A stretch of 64,000 bases of DNA from an uncultured Gammaproteobacteria bacterium (GCA_964565405.1 CAZMEW010000001.1:59637-123636); one strand, 5' to 3'; counted from the first letter of the stretch, positions 20,043 to 31,270 are shown. Notes: a model not told the origin generated them from the sequence alone. A program made the numbers and translations.

Positions 20043-21269
20043 ATGAAAAAAATGCTTATTTTGATTATTTTTTGTTATTTACTAAGTCCTATTATCACGC
20101 ATAGTGCGCCCCTGCCGGGTTCGGTTGGTGAGGCTATTGAGGCTGATACTTCCTTCTCCTTTCCATCCGAAAATACTGAAGCAGAGAGCCCTCTTGAGAC
20201 AATTGATGAATTTTATAAAGGAAGAATCACCAAAATTATCAGTGAGGAAGAAAATAGAGGATATGGGCCAGGAAGTGAAATGTACGTCCAAGAACTCGAG
20301 GTAAAAATAATTTCTGGGACCGATAAAAATACGCTTGTAGTAGTAAGCAATGAAATACCACTCAATGAAGCTCACACGAGGAAACTCGAACCAGGAGATA
20401 CCTTACTTATTGGTAAAAGTGTTGTTGGCGATGAAGTGCAATATTATATCAATGATGTATATCGACTGAATGCTTTGTGGATCGTACTTTCAATCTTTGT
20501 CATTATCGTTGTTGTTCTTACAAGGCTACACGGAATACGTGCGTTTGTCGGATTGGGAACTAGCTTTCTCGTCATTATCTGGTTTATTGTCCCGCGCATT
20601 CTTGCTGGTAATAACCCCCTATTAATTAGTCTTATTGGGACTACAGTTATTGCCGCAACCTCAATCTATATCGCGCATGGATTCCATCGAAGAACCACGC
20701 TCGCATTTATCGGTACGATCATTTCAATTGGAATTTCTCTCACGTTATCCTATTTTTTTGTAACATTCACGCACTTGTTTGGTCTCGGCACCGAAGAGGC
20801 ATTCTACCTGCAATTTGCACCAGGCACGTCAATCAATCTGCAGGGATTATTACTTGGGGGTATCATCATCGGTGTCCTTGGAATCCTGGACGATATTACC
20901 ACTGCACAGGCGGCGGTAGTCGAGCAAATACACTATGCAAATCCTGATCTTAATACCAAAGAATTGTACAAACGCGGATCAAGCGTGGGAAGAGAACATA
21001 TTCTCTCTCTTGTAAATACATTAGTACTAGCATACACAGGCGCGTCACTCCCGCTTCTATTGTTATTCAAAGTATATACTCGCCCCATATGGATTACTCT
21101 CAATAGCGAAATCATTATGGAAGAAGTAATCCGTATGATCATCGGGAGTATTACTCTTATTCTGGCCGTTCCTATCACTACTTTCCTTGCTGCGCGCTAT
21201 TACAGTCATACAAAACCAGGAACCAGTGGTGATGTCCCACAGGATGTCGCACACCTCCATATACATTAA
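20043..21269 (+). CDS. YibE/F family membrane protein
   Basis: N-terminal signal plus extracytoplasmic domain followed by multiple TM helices. GVLGILDDITTAQAAVVEQ matches the YibE/F signature region. Confidence 0.65.
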   Translation: MKKMLILIIFCYLLSPIITHSAPLPGSVGEAIEADTSFSFPSENTEAESPLETIDEFYKGRITKIISEEENRGYGPGSEMYVQELEVKIISGTDKNTLVVVSNEIPLNEAHTRKLEPGDTLLIGKSVVGDEVQYYINDVYRLNALWIVLSIFVIIVVVLTRLHGIRAFVGLGTSFLVIIWFIVPRILAGNNPLLISLIGTTVIAATSIYIAHGFHRRTTLAFIGTIISIGISLTLSYFFVTFTHLFGLGTEEAFYLQFAPGTSINLQGLLLGGIIIGVLGILDDITTAQAAVVEQIHYANPDLNTKELYKRGSSVGREHILSLVNTLVLAYTGASLPLLLLFKVYTRPIWITLNSEIIMEEVIRMIIGSITLILAVPITTFLAARYYSHTKPGTSGDVPQDVAHLHIH

Positions 21270-21314
21270 AAATTGATACAAAAAAACTGGCTCACTACCA
21301 GTTTTTTTATTTTT

Positions 21315-21833
21315 CTAATTTAAGCCAAAAATTTGACTCCACGGTTGGGTCATTTTGCTCTCAATTGTACATACATTTCGATACATTACAAATTTGGTAT
21401 ATACATTACCATCGCCAGACTCTTGATTTTCAAGTGTACCCGCGACAATAAATCCGCATTTTTTGTATAGATCAATCGCTGCATCTTGCTTGGTATTCAC
21501 TATAAGTTCGATTTTTTTTGCGCCGTAGAGGTGATCAAGTTTCCACATCATCGCTTCGAGCAATGTTGTTCCAATTCCTTGCTTACGATAACCCGCTCGT
21601 ACGTACACCTCTTTTAGTACCCAGTTGTTTTCCTCTTTCTTACTTGCGCCTACAATTCCGACTACTTTACCCTCATACTTTGCAATAATAAAAAATTCAT
21701 GTGCATTCGGAACACATGAATTAATAATTCTATTTTGCCAATCAGCATCAGTCAATTTTATTTCTTGTTTGAGAGAACCTTTGAATGCTCGTGGTTCTTT
21801 TTCGAGAGCTTCAAGCCTTAGATCTCTGATCAT
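21315..21833 (-). CDS. GNAT family N-acetyltransferase
   Basis: Acetyl-CoA binding motif RKQGIGTTLLEAMM (Q/RxxGxG/A). Confidence 0.7.
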   Translation of the reverse strand: MIRDLRLEALEKEPRAFKGSLKQEIKLTDADWQNRIINSCVPNAHEFFIIAKYEGKVVGIVGASKKEENNWVLKEVYVRAGYRKQGIGTTLLEAMMWKLDHLYGAKKIELIVNTKQDAAIDLYKKCGFIVAGTLENQESGDGNVYTKFVMYRNVCTIESKMTQPWSQIFGLN

Positions 21834-21904
21834 TTTCCAGTCCTCCGCTTTAGGTATTGTAATTTCAAATTTTGGTATAGGCCCGGGATTATTTTTACCG
21901 AGAA

Positions 21905-23791
21905 TTAGTGTATCATATCCTTAATTTTCTTTGCAATAGAGCTGGCATTGATACCTGCTCGTTCATACAGCTCCTCAGCAGTGCCTGAAAGCTGGTATTC
22001 TCGTACCCCCAGACTCTCGAATTGTTTTATCTCCAGACCCCGTAACACACACTCTCGTGAGAGCATAGCACCCAATCCTGAATAGGGATTATGATCTTCA
22101 ACCGTAAGTACTACGTTGGTTTTTTGAATTGAATCAAACAGTGTTTTATCGAACAATTTTATCGAACTTGCAATCACTAATTCTACTGAAATCCCCTGTT
22201 GTTTCAATTGTTCCCACGCACGAAACGCTTCACTCACGACTCCGCCAATTGCTACCAGTGTTATCTGATCACCTTTTCTAAGTATATCAGTTTTCCCATA
22301 CACGTACTCATATTTTTCATCGAAAAATGGTTTTCCATTATCTTTCATGAGAATGGGTATTTTGTGCCTACCCATACGCATATAGACATTTCCCTCGTGA
22401 GATGCTGCAAAACGTACCAATCGATCACAATGATTAGGATCAGCAGGCTCGAGGTGCATGGTATTGAAGAATCCAACAACTGAAGCTGAATCATCAATTG
22501 CTTGGTGAGTCGAACCGTCCTCACCTACTGAAAGTCCACAATGAGTAGCTACCATTTTTACACTTGTTCGATTGATATCGTTCACCCGGGCCTGATCTTT
22601 TGCTCTGCTTGTCATGAAAACTCCAAATGTTGAACAGAATGGCACAAACCCTGCGATTTCCAATCCAGCACTGGCTGAAACCATCAGCTGTTCTGCAACC
22701 CCACATTCGATATGCCGATCCGGAAAGTTTTTTTGTACACCATCAGTTTTTACAGACCCACCGAGATCAGCAGTCAAGGCAATAATATTCTTATTGAGTT
22801 TTGCCAAATCAACTAATGCTGCTCCATATGCGCTTCTACAATCAGTGAGAACTTCTCCTCCGTTTACCCTTGCCTTTCCTGTTCGTATTTTTGTCTTGGT
22901 ACCAAATTCTTCAGGAGAAAAATGATATGGCTTACCAGCTACATTTTTTCTAAATTTGCGTAATACCTGCTCCTCATCAGCTGAAAGTATCAATGTATCT
23001 ATTGCTGTGGTAATTTGTTCACTGGTTGGTGCCTTGCCATGCCATGTTGCTTTGCGCAACTTACCTTCTTCTTCCATAAAATCGACCCCCTTACCCATGA
23101 TTGTATTTGCGCAGATATATGTTGGAAAGCCGTTTTGGTTTTGTGCAATTTCTAGTGCCTCAAAAATATCGTCATAATTATGCCCGTCAATCTCAAGCAC
23201 ATTCCATCCACCAGCTTTGAATATCTCAACCGGATTGTACGGCATGATGTTGCGAATCGAGTCAGAAAGTTGCACCTGATTGAAATCCATTGCGACAATC
23301 AAGTTATCGAGCTTATATTTGTGTGCAAAATTCATGGCTTCGTAAATTTGTCCTTCATTTGCCTCACCATCACCAATAAGAGCATATACTTTTTGTTTGT
23401 GTTTCTTTATCTTATAGCCAAGTGCTGTACCACAAGCAACGCTAAGACCTATCCCCAGGGGACCCGTACCATACCACACCCCTGGAACATGCCTGGTTAC
23501 ATGCCCTTCAAATATTGAGCCCATTTTTCTAAAGTTTTTGATTGCTTCTTTTTTTGAAATCCAACCAAGCTCGCCCAATATTGAATACACGGCGGGTGAA
23601 ATGTGGCCATTGGAAATAAACACCGGCTCACCTGTTTGTGAGATTATTGACGTGTAGAGTGCCGAAAGATAATCAATTGATGACAGTGATCCGCCTGGAT
23701 GTCCACTACCGGCATTCGCGGTCATTTCTAAGATTGACCTGCGGCAAGATTTGGCGAATATTTGAGCAATATTTTTTTTATCAACAGCCAT
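21905..23791 (-). CDS. tkt: transketolase
   Basis: GHPGGSLS TPP-binding motif, GDGEANEGQ and full-length architecture (628 aa). Confidence 0.85.
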   Translation of the reverse strand: MAVDKKNIAQIFAKSCRRSILEMTANAGSGHPGGSLSSIDYLSALYTSIISQTGEPVFISNGHISPAVYSILGELGWISKKEAIKNFRKMGSIFEGHVTRHVPGVWYGTGPLGIGLSVACGTALGYKIKKHKQKVYALIGDGEANEGQIYEAMNFAHKYKLDNLIVAMDFNQVQLSDSIRNIMPYNPVEIFKAGGWNVLEIDGHNYDDIFEALEIAQNQNGFPTYICANTIMGKGVDFMEEEGKLRKATWHGKAPTSEQITTAIDTLILSADEEQVLRKFRKNVAGKPYHFSPEEFGTKTKIRTGKARVNGGEVLTDCRSAYGAALVDLAKLNKNIIALTADLGGSVKTDGVQKNFPDRHIECGVAEQLMVSASAGLEIAGFVPFCSTFGVFMTSRAKDQARVNDINRTSVKMVATHCGLSVGEDGSTHQAIDDSASVVGFFNTMHLEPADPNHCDRLVRFAASHEGNVYMRMGRHKIPILMKDNGKPFFDEKYEYVYGKTDILRKGDQITLVAIGGVVSEAFRAWEQLKQQGISVELVIASSIKLFDKTLFDSIQKTNVVLTVEDHNPYSGLGAMLSRECVLRGLEIKQFESLGVREYQLSGTAEELYERAGINASSIAKKIKDMIH

Positions 23792-23884
23792 ATTTCAAAG
23801 TCAAAGCTAGAAACTCAAAAGTTAAGGCTTTAATGCAAATCTGCCATAAGTATATCATAATTTGTCTTGAGTTTCAGCCTTGAT

Positions 23885-25336
23885 TCAATCAATTGAAACT
23901 GTTTTTACGTTCACAAATTCACGAAGCCCGAAATATGAGAGTTCACGACCAATTCCTGACTTCTTTACTCCACCAAAAGGAAGTCGGGGGTCTGATTTTA
24001 CCATTCCATTTACGAATACACTACCAGCTTCGATCTGAGGAATGATACGCCTGACTTGCTCCACATCATTCGACCACAGCGATGATCCAAGCCCAAATCG
24101 CGTATCATTTGCCACACGAATTGCCTCTTCCTCATCCCTTACCTTGATAACTGATGCGACTGGTCCAAAAATCTCTTCATCGTATGCAGGCATACCTGGT
24201 GCCACATTAATCAAGATGGTAGGGGCATAAAAATACCCTCCATTTGCAATACGAGCACCCCCGACAACAGCACTGGCCCCTTTTTCAATCGAACTTAATA
24301 CTTGTTTTTCAACATCTTCCAAGCTTGATTGCGACGCAACTGGTCCAATTTTTGTATCTTCTTTGGTAGGATCACCGGGGATATATGTCTTAAACTCAGC
24401 AATAAAAATTTCCAAAAATTTATCGTATACAGATTCTTCTATAATAAACCTTTTTGCAGCAATACAACTCTGCCCGCAATTCTGTAGTCGTGCAGCTGTG
24501 GCTATTTTTGCTGCCTTTTCGATATCTGCGCTTGCAAGCACAATGAATGCATCACTCCCACCCAATTCTAATACTGATGGCTTAATCTCATCTCCTGCGA
24601 TTTCTGCGACTTTTCTACCCGCCCATTCACTTCCCGTAAGGGTTACTGCTTTTACACGCGAGTCACGAATAATAATTTCAATTCGTCTTCCGCTTACAAA
24701 TAAATTCTGAAATATTCCTTCTTCGTATCCACATTCAAGAAAAATATTTTCAAGTGCCTCAGCGCATCGTGGTACACTTGATGCATGTTTGAGCAGTGCC
24801 ACATTTCCAGCCATAATAGCCGGTGCAGCGAACCGAAGTACCTGCCAGAATGGAAAATTCCAAGGCATGACCGCAAATACAATTCCCAGCGGTTCGAGCG
24901 TCACATAACTTTCTTTTGCTTCTGTTTGAATAACTTCTTTTTCAAGCATACGTTCTCCGTGGTCAGCATAATATTCGCACACCCACGCACACTTCTCAAT
25001 TTCCGCAATCGATGGAGTAATAGGACGCCCAATTTCCTCAGTAATTAATCTTCCGTACTCTGTCTTATGTTCTCGCAAATGTACCGCGACTTTTCGAAGT
25101 AGTTCCGCTCGTTTCGTAATGGATGTTTTTTTGTACACCTGAAAAGCTATTGTAGCTTTTGCAATTTTTTCTTTGATTTTCACATCAGTCAATTCTTCAA
25201 ACTTCTGTATATCCTGGCCAGTCGCTGGATTATGAGAGATAATAGGCATATACGTAATATTAAACTGGACAAATTTTTTCCTGTAATTCCCTAGTAAACA
25301 CTTTGTAATTTTCACTATAATCAATCGGCACTTCAA
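23885..25336 (-). CDS. NAD(P)-dependent aldehyde dehydrogenase (probable start at internal MPIISHNPATGQ, about 25249)
   Basis: ALDH motifs: ELGGSDAF (catalytic Glu region), GQSCIAAKR (catalytic Cys) and a GSEWAG Rossmann region. Confidence 0.8.
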   Translation of the reverse strand: MKCRLIIVKITKCLLGNYRKKFVQFNITYMPIISHNPATGQDIQKFEELTDVKIKEKIAKATIAFQVYKKTSITKRAELLRKVAVHLREHKTEYGRLITEEIGRPITPSIAEIEKCAWVCEYYADHGERMLEKEVIQTEAKESYVTLEPLGIVFAVMPWNFPFWQVLRFAAPAIMAGNVALLKHASSVPRCAEALENIFLECGYEEGIFQNLFVSGRRIEIIIRDSRVKAVTLTGSEWAGRKVAEIAGDEIKPSVLELGGSDAFIVLASADIEKAAKIATAARLQNCGQSCIAAKRFIIEESVYDKFLEIFIAEFKTYIPGDPTKEDTKIGPVASQSSLEDVEKQVLSSIEKGASAVVGGARIANGGYFYAPTILINVAPGMPAYDEEIFGPVASVIKVRDEEEAIRVANDTRFGLGSSLWSNDVEQVRRIIPQIEAGSVFVNGMVKSDPRLPFGGVKKSGIGRELSYFGLREFVNVKTVSID

Positions 25337-26897
25337 TTATATGCACTCCTGATGATACGAGTGTTTTTTCTAATAATGATTTCAGAGATTCAGTCTCTGA
25401 CACTCTATAACCACTGGCTCCATAACTCTCAGCATATTTTACAAAATCAGGATTATTGAAGCTCAAACCAAAATCCACCATCTTTTGGCTCTTTTGTTTC
25501 CACTTGATCATGCCATATCCATTGTCATTGAGAATTAGGATAACCAGATCAAGCTTCAATCTCAGTGCGGTTTCCAATTCTTGCGAATTCATCATGAATC
25601 CACCATCTCCCGCCACAACTAACACTTTTTTTTCTGGATTTACCAATTTTGCCGCAATACCAGCGGGTAATCCCGCACCCATTGTAGCGAGCGCGTTATC
25701 AAGGAGAATGGTGTTTCTCTCATATGTCTTGAAATACCGTGCAAACCATAATTTGTACATCCCATTATCAAGAGACAAAATACCGTCCCGTGGCAATACT
25801 TCTCGCACCGTTTTCACTATTGATTGGGGCTTTGGTGGAAAGGAGTCCCCATTCATTTCGCGTGCCATGTGTTCGTCTAACTTTGCCTTTACTTTGAGCG
25901 CGTAACTCGTATCCCATTGCTGAGGTGAGATTTTTTCTGTCATCTGCCAGAGCGCGTTTCCAATATCTCCTACCACTTCCCATTGTGGGAAATAAATACT
26001 ATCAATACGTGCCGCACAAAAATTAACATGAATCACCGATTGTTCTTTATTCATGAAAAATGGCGGTTTCTCGATAACATCATGCCCCACATTGATAATC
26101 ATGTCTGCTCGATCAACAGCACAATGCACATAATCATTCCCTGACAATGCAGCACACCCAATATACAGGGGATGAGATTCATCGATTACTCCTTTCCCCA
26201 TTTGAGTCGTAAAAAATGGTATCTTTGTTTTTTCAATAAATTGCAGAAGTAATTTACTTACTAATTTTCGATTTGCGCCAGCACCAATCAAAATTAAAGG
26301 ATTTTTTGCGTGCTCGATCATTTCAACTGCGCGAGTAATTGCCTTTTCTTCTGCTGCAGGACGTCTTAGTTGATTAATTTCAAACAACGCTCGCTCACCG
26401 ACTTCTTCCGCTGCAATATCTTCTGGTAACTCTAGATGTACCGCACCGGGTCTCTCCTCTATCGCAATTCTAAAAGATTCGCGTACCAGACTTGGGATAT
26501 TTTCTGCATGCACTATTTGTTTGGTAAATTTAGTCAGTGGACGCATCATCTGAACCGTATCAATAATCTGAAAATGTCCTTGTTTACTTTTCTTTATTGG
26601 TTTTTGCCCAGTAATCATAAGCATAGGCATAGCACCAAGCTCTGCATATGCGGCAGCGGTTACCAAATTGGTCGCGCCCGGACCAAGTGTTGAGAGACAA
26701 ATCCCCACTTTGCCTGTAAGCCGCCCGTAGGTCGAAGCCATAAAACCCGCACTTTGTTCATGCCGTGTAACAATAAGCTTGATTGAAGAATGGCTCAATG
26801 CTTCCAGAAAATCCAAATTTTCTTCTCCAGGTATCCCAAAGATATAGGTGACACCTTCATGCTCAAGTGCCTTCACCAATAATTCCGCCGCTTTCAT
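25260..26897 (-). CDS. thiamine-diphosphate enzyme, acetolactate synthase large-subunit-like
   Basis: N-terminal TPP-Pyr domain (GVTYIFGIPGEENL), central domain and C-terminal GDGGFMMNSQELETA TPP-binding motif. Confidence 0.8.
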   Translation of the reverse strand: MKAAELLVKALEHEGVTYIFGIPGEENLDFLEALSHSSIKLIVTRHEQSAGFMASTYGRLTGKVGICLSTLGPGATNLVTAAAYAELGAMPMLMITGQKPIKKSKQGHFQIIDTVQMMRPLTKFTKQIVHAENIPSLVRESFRIAIEERPGAVHLELPEDIAAEEVGERALFEINQLRRPAAEEKAITRAVEMIEHAKNPLILIGAGANRKLVSKLLLQFIEKTKIPFFTTQMGKGVIDESHPLYIGCAALSGNDYVHCAVDRADMIINVGHDVIEKPPFFMNKEQSVIHVNFCAARIDSIYFPQWEVVGDIGNALWQMTEKISPQQWDTSYALKVKAKLDEHMAREMNGDSFPPKPQSIVKTVREVLPRDGILSLDNGMYKLWFARYFKTYERNTILLDNALATMGAGLPAGIAAKLVNPEKKVLVVAGDGGFMMNSQELETALRLKLDLVILILNDNGYGMIKWKQKSQKMVDFGLSFNNPDFVKYAESYGASGYRVSETESLKSLLEKTLVSSGVHIIEVPIDYSENYKVFTRELQEKICPV

Positions 26898-26963
26898 AGA
26901 TATAACGTAAAAGCCCGTAATAGGGCTTTTGTAGTATAGTTCAAATAGTATCGGTACACAAGC

Positions 26964-27377
26964 TTATTTTTTCTTGAGCAAATCTCGGATTTCTTCCAAC
27001 AATATTTCCTGTTTTGGTGGAGTTGTAGGTTTCGGATCCTCTTTTTTTGCGAGCTTATTTATCACTCGAACCATCACAAAGATTGCAAGAGCAATAATGA
27101 GAAAATCAATAATGTTTTGAATAAACGCACCATAATTAAATGCAACTTCTGGATTTATGATCTCTCCTGCGGTGCCCATTTCGGCGGCTTTTAACACTAC
27201 TTTTAGATCCTTGAAATTTACCCCACCAATCAGTAATCCTAGTGGTGGCATGATAATATCGTTTACGAGTGAGGTTACTATTTTGCCAAACGCTCCACCT
27301 ACAATAATACCAATCGTCATGTCCATCACATTCCCACGCATTGCAAACTTTTTGAATTCACTAAAAAACTTTGGCAT
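26964..27377 (-). CDS. mscL: large-conductance mechanosensitive channel
   Basis: [27 protein letters not shown]...[13 protein letters not shown] matches the MscL TM1/periplasmic loop signature. Confidence 0.85.
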   Translation of the reverse strand: MPKFFSEFKKFAMRGNVMDMTIGIIVGGAFGKIVTSLVNDIIMPPLGLLIGGVNFKDLKVVLKAAEMGTAGEIINPEVAFNYGAFIQNIIDFLIIALAIFVMVRVINKLAKKEDPKPTTPPKQEILLEEIRDLLKKK

Positions 27378-27400
27378 AATTTATTTTAACTATGCGATAT

Positions 27401-27814
27401 TTATTGAGTAAGTGTACCTATTTTAAATGAACTAAGTTCGTTTTCAGGTCGTGGTTGTCCACCATGTTTTCCCTCGAACTGTGCCGTACCATCCTTTCCG
27501 CATATAGACAGTATCGCCTTTTCACCTCCTGGATGTTTCGAAATCCATGCAGTTACATCATATACTGAACCACGCACCGCAGTATAACAATCATCTTTTG
27601 AACCATGCTTTTCAACATCTTCAAGGGTAAACATTATATCTCCTGTTACCGTATCCCCAGATGCTTTATTGTCAACTGTATTTCCCTCTGGCGATACTTC
27701 TTTTGCCCCACCCACGGAGTCAGGTGATTCTGATCGCGTACCCGTCTCTACATACGATGAACATCCTGCACCAATGAGTAGGAGTCCTGCTAGTAAAATA
27801 TACATTCTTTTCAT
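27401..27814 (-). CDS. exported lipoprotein with cytochrome b5-like heme-binding domain
   Basis: Lipobox LLIGAGC|S. C-terminal HGSKDDCYTAVRGSVYDVTAWISKHPGG...FEGKHG matches the cyt b5 heme-binding HPGG pattern. Confidence 0.55.
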   Translation of the reverse strand: MKRMYILLAGLLLIGAGCSSYVETGTRSESPDSVGGAKEVSPEGNTVDNKASGDTVTGDIMFTLEDVEKHGSKDDCYTAVRGSVYDVTAWISKHPGGEKAILSICGKDGTAQFEGKHGGQPRPENELSSFKIGTLTQ

Positions 27815-27880
27815 ATAAATATTCGATAAGAAAATAAATTATTTGAGTAGTATACTGATACTACATCTCAAGTCTCAATA

Positions 27881-29050
27881 TTATTTCATTGGCATAACAG
27901 TTTTTGTATCATCCTTAAATATACTCACTGCGAGCACACCCTTTTCTATCGATTCTATGAAAAATCTATCACCAATCGACGCTCGCGCAACTGAGGCCAG
28001 TATTGAATCCCGTTCAATCGTACCTGTAAGTGCAGGCTGACTCTCTCTACTTATATGAATAGGCATTAGTCGTATCTCTGCTTCGACACTTGCGGTGGTC
28101 TTTTCCAACAAGATATTGAGTAAAAGCCCCTGCATAGTCTCAAGAGAAAAGTACTGATCAAACACAAAATTTCCCAAACTATAAAAGATTGGCTTACCCT
28201 GATACATCTCAATTGGCTGAATTACATGTGGATGTGCGCCAATAACTATATCAACCCCCGCATCAATAAGCGCATGACCTTCTTTTTTCTGAAGCATCGA
28301 CGGAGTATGAGTGACATATTCAATTCCCCAGTGTGGATAAGCAATAACCACATCAACATGTGGACGGATTTTTTTCACTTCAGTAATAACATTTTCAAAG
28401 CCAGTTTCCACCAACTGGTGGTATCCGACCAACCCGATTTTGATCCCATTTTTTTCCATGATTTCTGATATTTTTTCTCCTCGCCGATTATTCGGGTCAC
28501 CAAACCAACCTATCCCCGCGCTATCAAGAAATTCATGTGTTTGTTCGAGACCTTCAAACCCAAAATTGGTCGTATGATTATTCGCCAGACTTACTACATC
28601 AAAGTTTGTTTTGAGCGATGAAGTTACTTTTGGGGAAAAGGTAAAACTAAATCTCGCCCCTCCTTCGCCATTTGAAATTGATTTATTCGTAGTGATAGGC
28701 CCCTCAAGATTTGCAACTCGAAGATCAGCCTGGCTCAATGTTGAGGAAATCATCTGAAACGCATAACCGAAATCATTATTTTTTTGAGCAAGTAATAGCA
28801 TGGTGCGATCGAGCATGATATCCCCTGCTGCAAGTAGGGTGAGTCTATCTTTTCCTGGAATTATAGGCTCTTTTTCTACTTTTTCTTCAACCACTTCATT
28901 TTTCTGAGTAAAGTTCCTTGTTTCAGATTCAGTTGAGCTCGATGGCCAGAGTAGCCACGTCACGATAGTAGCAACACAAGTTGCTGCTATACTCACGATT
29001 GCAAAATATTTCCAGAAGTTTGGGTGCATAGTATGGTAACAGACTAGCAT
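27881..29050 (-). CDS. CapA family (poly-gamma-glutamate synthesis-type) metallophosphoesterase, membrane anchored
   Basis: GDIMLDR, NNHTTNFG and GAHPHVIQPIE...SLGNFVFDQ motifs after an N-terminal TM anchor. Confidence 0.7.
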   Translation of the reverse strand: MLVCYHTMHPNFWKYFAIVSIAATCVATIVTWLLWPSSSTESETRNFTQKNEVVEEKVEKEPIIPGKDRLTLLAAGDIMLDRTMLLLAQKNNDFGYAFQMISSTLSQADLRVANLEGPITTNKSISNGEGGARFSFTFSPKVTSSLKTNFDVVSLANNHTTNFGFEGLEQTHEFLDSAGIGWFGDPNNRRGEKISEIMEKNGIKIGLVGYHQLVETGFENVITEVKKIRPHVDVVIAYPHWGIEYVTHTPSMLQKKEGHALIDAGVDIVIGAHPHVIQPIEMYQGKPIFYSLGNFVFDQYFSLETMQGLLLNILLEKTTASVEAEIRLMPIHISRESQPALTGTIERDSILASVARASIGDRFFIESIEKGVLAVSIFKDDTKTVMPMK

Positions 29051-29089
29051 AAAAACACACGATATTCAACCGTGTGTTTTTTATTCTTG

Positions 29090-30676
29090 CTACATTCTTG
29101 GCTCGACTGCCGGCTCTGACATGGGCACAGGATTAATCACCGCGTCCTTCATAATCGTTGGGTCGTATGGCATGATATGAATCGGCTCTTCTGACTGTTT
29201 TTCAAGCTCGGTCAGCATTTCGTCTGCAAGCGGAATAATAACCGTATTCTGCCACAATCCTTCACTCTGTAGCGACTCAAAATCTTTTACATCGAGTACT
29301 AGGGCTGGGACAAAAAGTTCACTTGAGTTTCCATTACTCTCATTATACTGCCATTTTTGCATATACCCTATGCGCGCGTTTTCAAGCACTACATCAACCG
29401 TCTTCGTAGGTTCGGCATATACTGCCATTCGGCCTTTTTTAATCATTGCTTTCAGACGTGTCTCGTCAGTAACCCCTGTGTAGTCCGACCCACTAAACGT
29501 TTTAGTCATAATTCCCTCAACACCGGTTACCTTCATCTCTTTCACATTGATATTCACGCGGATCCCCATTATTCCACCATATTCCTCATATACTGGCTTA
29601 CCGTTGATCATGAATTGATACAGGACTGTATGAATATTCGAAATATAGAACTCACCCTTATCCTCTGCTCTTTCATATCCAATCTTCCAGCTGGTATCCA
29701 CTTTTCCCTCTGCATATTCACTCATATCAATTCCATATTCCGCCAAGAAGTCGTTGGCAATATTCACCAATTCACTTTCCGAAGGAACTTCATCAATAGT
29801 AATTCTGTTGGGGTCAACTCCACAACCACCCATTCTGCAATCATACTCTGTAGGGATTGCGTGCCATTTACTATAATTCTCAGAAATCGATACTACACCA
29901 CCCACCATATCCACATTTACAACGTAGCCCTGGTTCCTATCCTCAGCAAGCGAAAAATTTTGAACATATGTATTTCTTAATTTGGAGAGATCGAACACGC
30001 CTAATTGCAATTTCTGAAGTACACTCGCGTACTGTTTTGCAGCGTCAAGACCCGATTCACGTTTCAATACCTCGACAGTTTCACTCAATTGAGGAAGCTC
30101 ACCTATCAAATCAAAATCGTAATTAACGTAGACTGGGTTATAGATGAGAGAAGTCGCAGCTATTTTTGCACTCTCTCCTCCCATGCCGAATGCCATATTT
30201 GCGACCCCAGCATTGGCTTGGGCACTTTCAGCATTACCACTCGCATTCCAATTCAAGGTAATAGGATCCAGTGGACCAAAAGCATTGGCAGCAGCCTTTA
30301 CCACACGGGTACCTCTAGTAAAACTATTATCCATAACCTGTGAGGATAAATTGGAGCTCAGATAGACTACCGGAAGTGCAATTATGAGAGTTGCAAGTGC
30401 GCCACCTAATGTGTATACCAATCTGGATTTGAAAAATGAAAATATTGGTTTCTTTTCCTCCATTGATGCATGTGAGAATTTCTCAAGTACGCGTGTTTTG
30501 AGTTCACGAGCAAACTGTTCATCAAATTGCGTATTGGGTTTATTTTTTATCATACTCTCGATAATCTGTGCGATTTCTATTTCGTGGTTTCTGAGCTCAG
30601 AATCTATCATGTAGAGCTCTTCTAATATGTGCTGAATATTTTTTTCCATACTGACGACTAAATTATAGTTAAACAT
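29090..30676 (-). CDS. putative anti-sigma factor / membrane-anchored protein with large extracytoplasmic domain
   Basis: Immediately downstream of, and co-oriented with, an ECF sigma gene. About 90-aa cytoplasmic N-terminus, single TM (LGGALATLIIALPVVYL) and an extracytoplasmic domain of about 420 aa. Confidence 0.35.
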   Translation of the reverse strand: MFNYNLVVSMEKNIQHILEELYMIDSELRNHEIEIAQIIESMIKNKPNTQFDEQFARELKTRVLEKFSHASMEEKKPIFSFFKSRLVYTLGGALATLIIALPVVYLSSNLSSQVMDNSFTRGTRVVKAAANAFGPLDPITLNWNASGNAESAQANAGVANMAFGMGGESAKIAATSLIYNPVYVNYDFDLIGELPQLSETVEVLKRESGLDAAKQYASVLQKLQLGVFDLSKLRNTYVQNFSLAEDRNQGYVVNVDMVGGVVSISENYSKWHAIPTEYDCRMGGCGVDPNRITIDEVPSESELVNIANDFLAEYGIDMSEYAEGKVDTSWKIGYERAEDKGEFYISNIHTVLYQFMINGKPVYEEYGGIMGIRVNINVKEMKVTGVEGIMTKTFSGSDYTGVTDETRLKAMIKKGRMAVYAEPTKTVDVVLENARIGYMQKWQYNESNGNSSELFVPALVLDVKDFESLQSEGLWQNTVIIPLADEMLTELEKQSEEPIHIMPYDPTIMKDAVINPVPMSEPAVEPRM

Positions 30677-30703
30677 TGGATATCCTTACAACAGTACTAC
30701 GCA

Positions 30704-31270
30704 TTATTTCAACTGGAGTAACAGCGCAATATAGAGGGCTATTGGTAATTGTGTTCGAAGCGCTCTCAGTGCTCGTGAAGCAGCCATTTTCAGACTTGCC
30801 TCACTCTTCCCTAATACTTGAGCAATTTCTTTATATGAGAGTTCATCCCACACACGCAATACAATAATTTCACGTTCTTTTTCTGAAAGTTTTTGCAGCG
30901 CATGTTCGACTTTATACAACATATCCTTATTCTCCATGTCTATTTTCAAACTTGACGTATCAGCAATGTCGAAATCCTCAGGAAACTGCGTGGTTTTTTT
31001 GTGTGACCGATAGTAATCAACAAGTGTATTTCTTGCAATGCGATAGAGCCAGGAAGCGGCGCTCCCTTTGGTCGGGTCAAACGATCCCACATGCTCAAGT
31101 GCTTTCATAAAAGTGTCCGATACAATATCCTCTGCGGCTTGTTTATCTTTAATTCTAAAAAATGAATAATCGTAGAGTTTTTTTACAAATCCATCATACA
31201 CTTCGCCAAAAGCTGCTTGATTGCCTTTTTGTGCACTTAGCAACTTTTCCTCAAAAAAACCTATAGCCAT
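30704..31270 (-). CDS. ECF-type RNA polymerase sigma-70 factor
   Basis: Region 2 (DIVSDTFMKALEH...ASWLYRIARNTLVDYYR) and region 4 HTH (SYKEIAQVLGKSEASLKMAASRALRAL). Confidence 0.8.
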   Translation of the reverse strand: MAIGFFEEKLLSAQKGNQAAFGEVYDGFVKKLYDYSFFRIKDKQAAEDIVSDTFMKALEHVGSFDPTKGSAASWLYRIARNTLVDYYRSHKKTTQFPEDFDIADTSSLKIDMENKDMLYKVEHALQKLSEKEREIIVLRVWDELSYKEIAQVLGKSEASLKMAASRALRALRTQLPIALYIALLLQLK

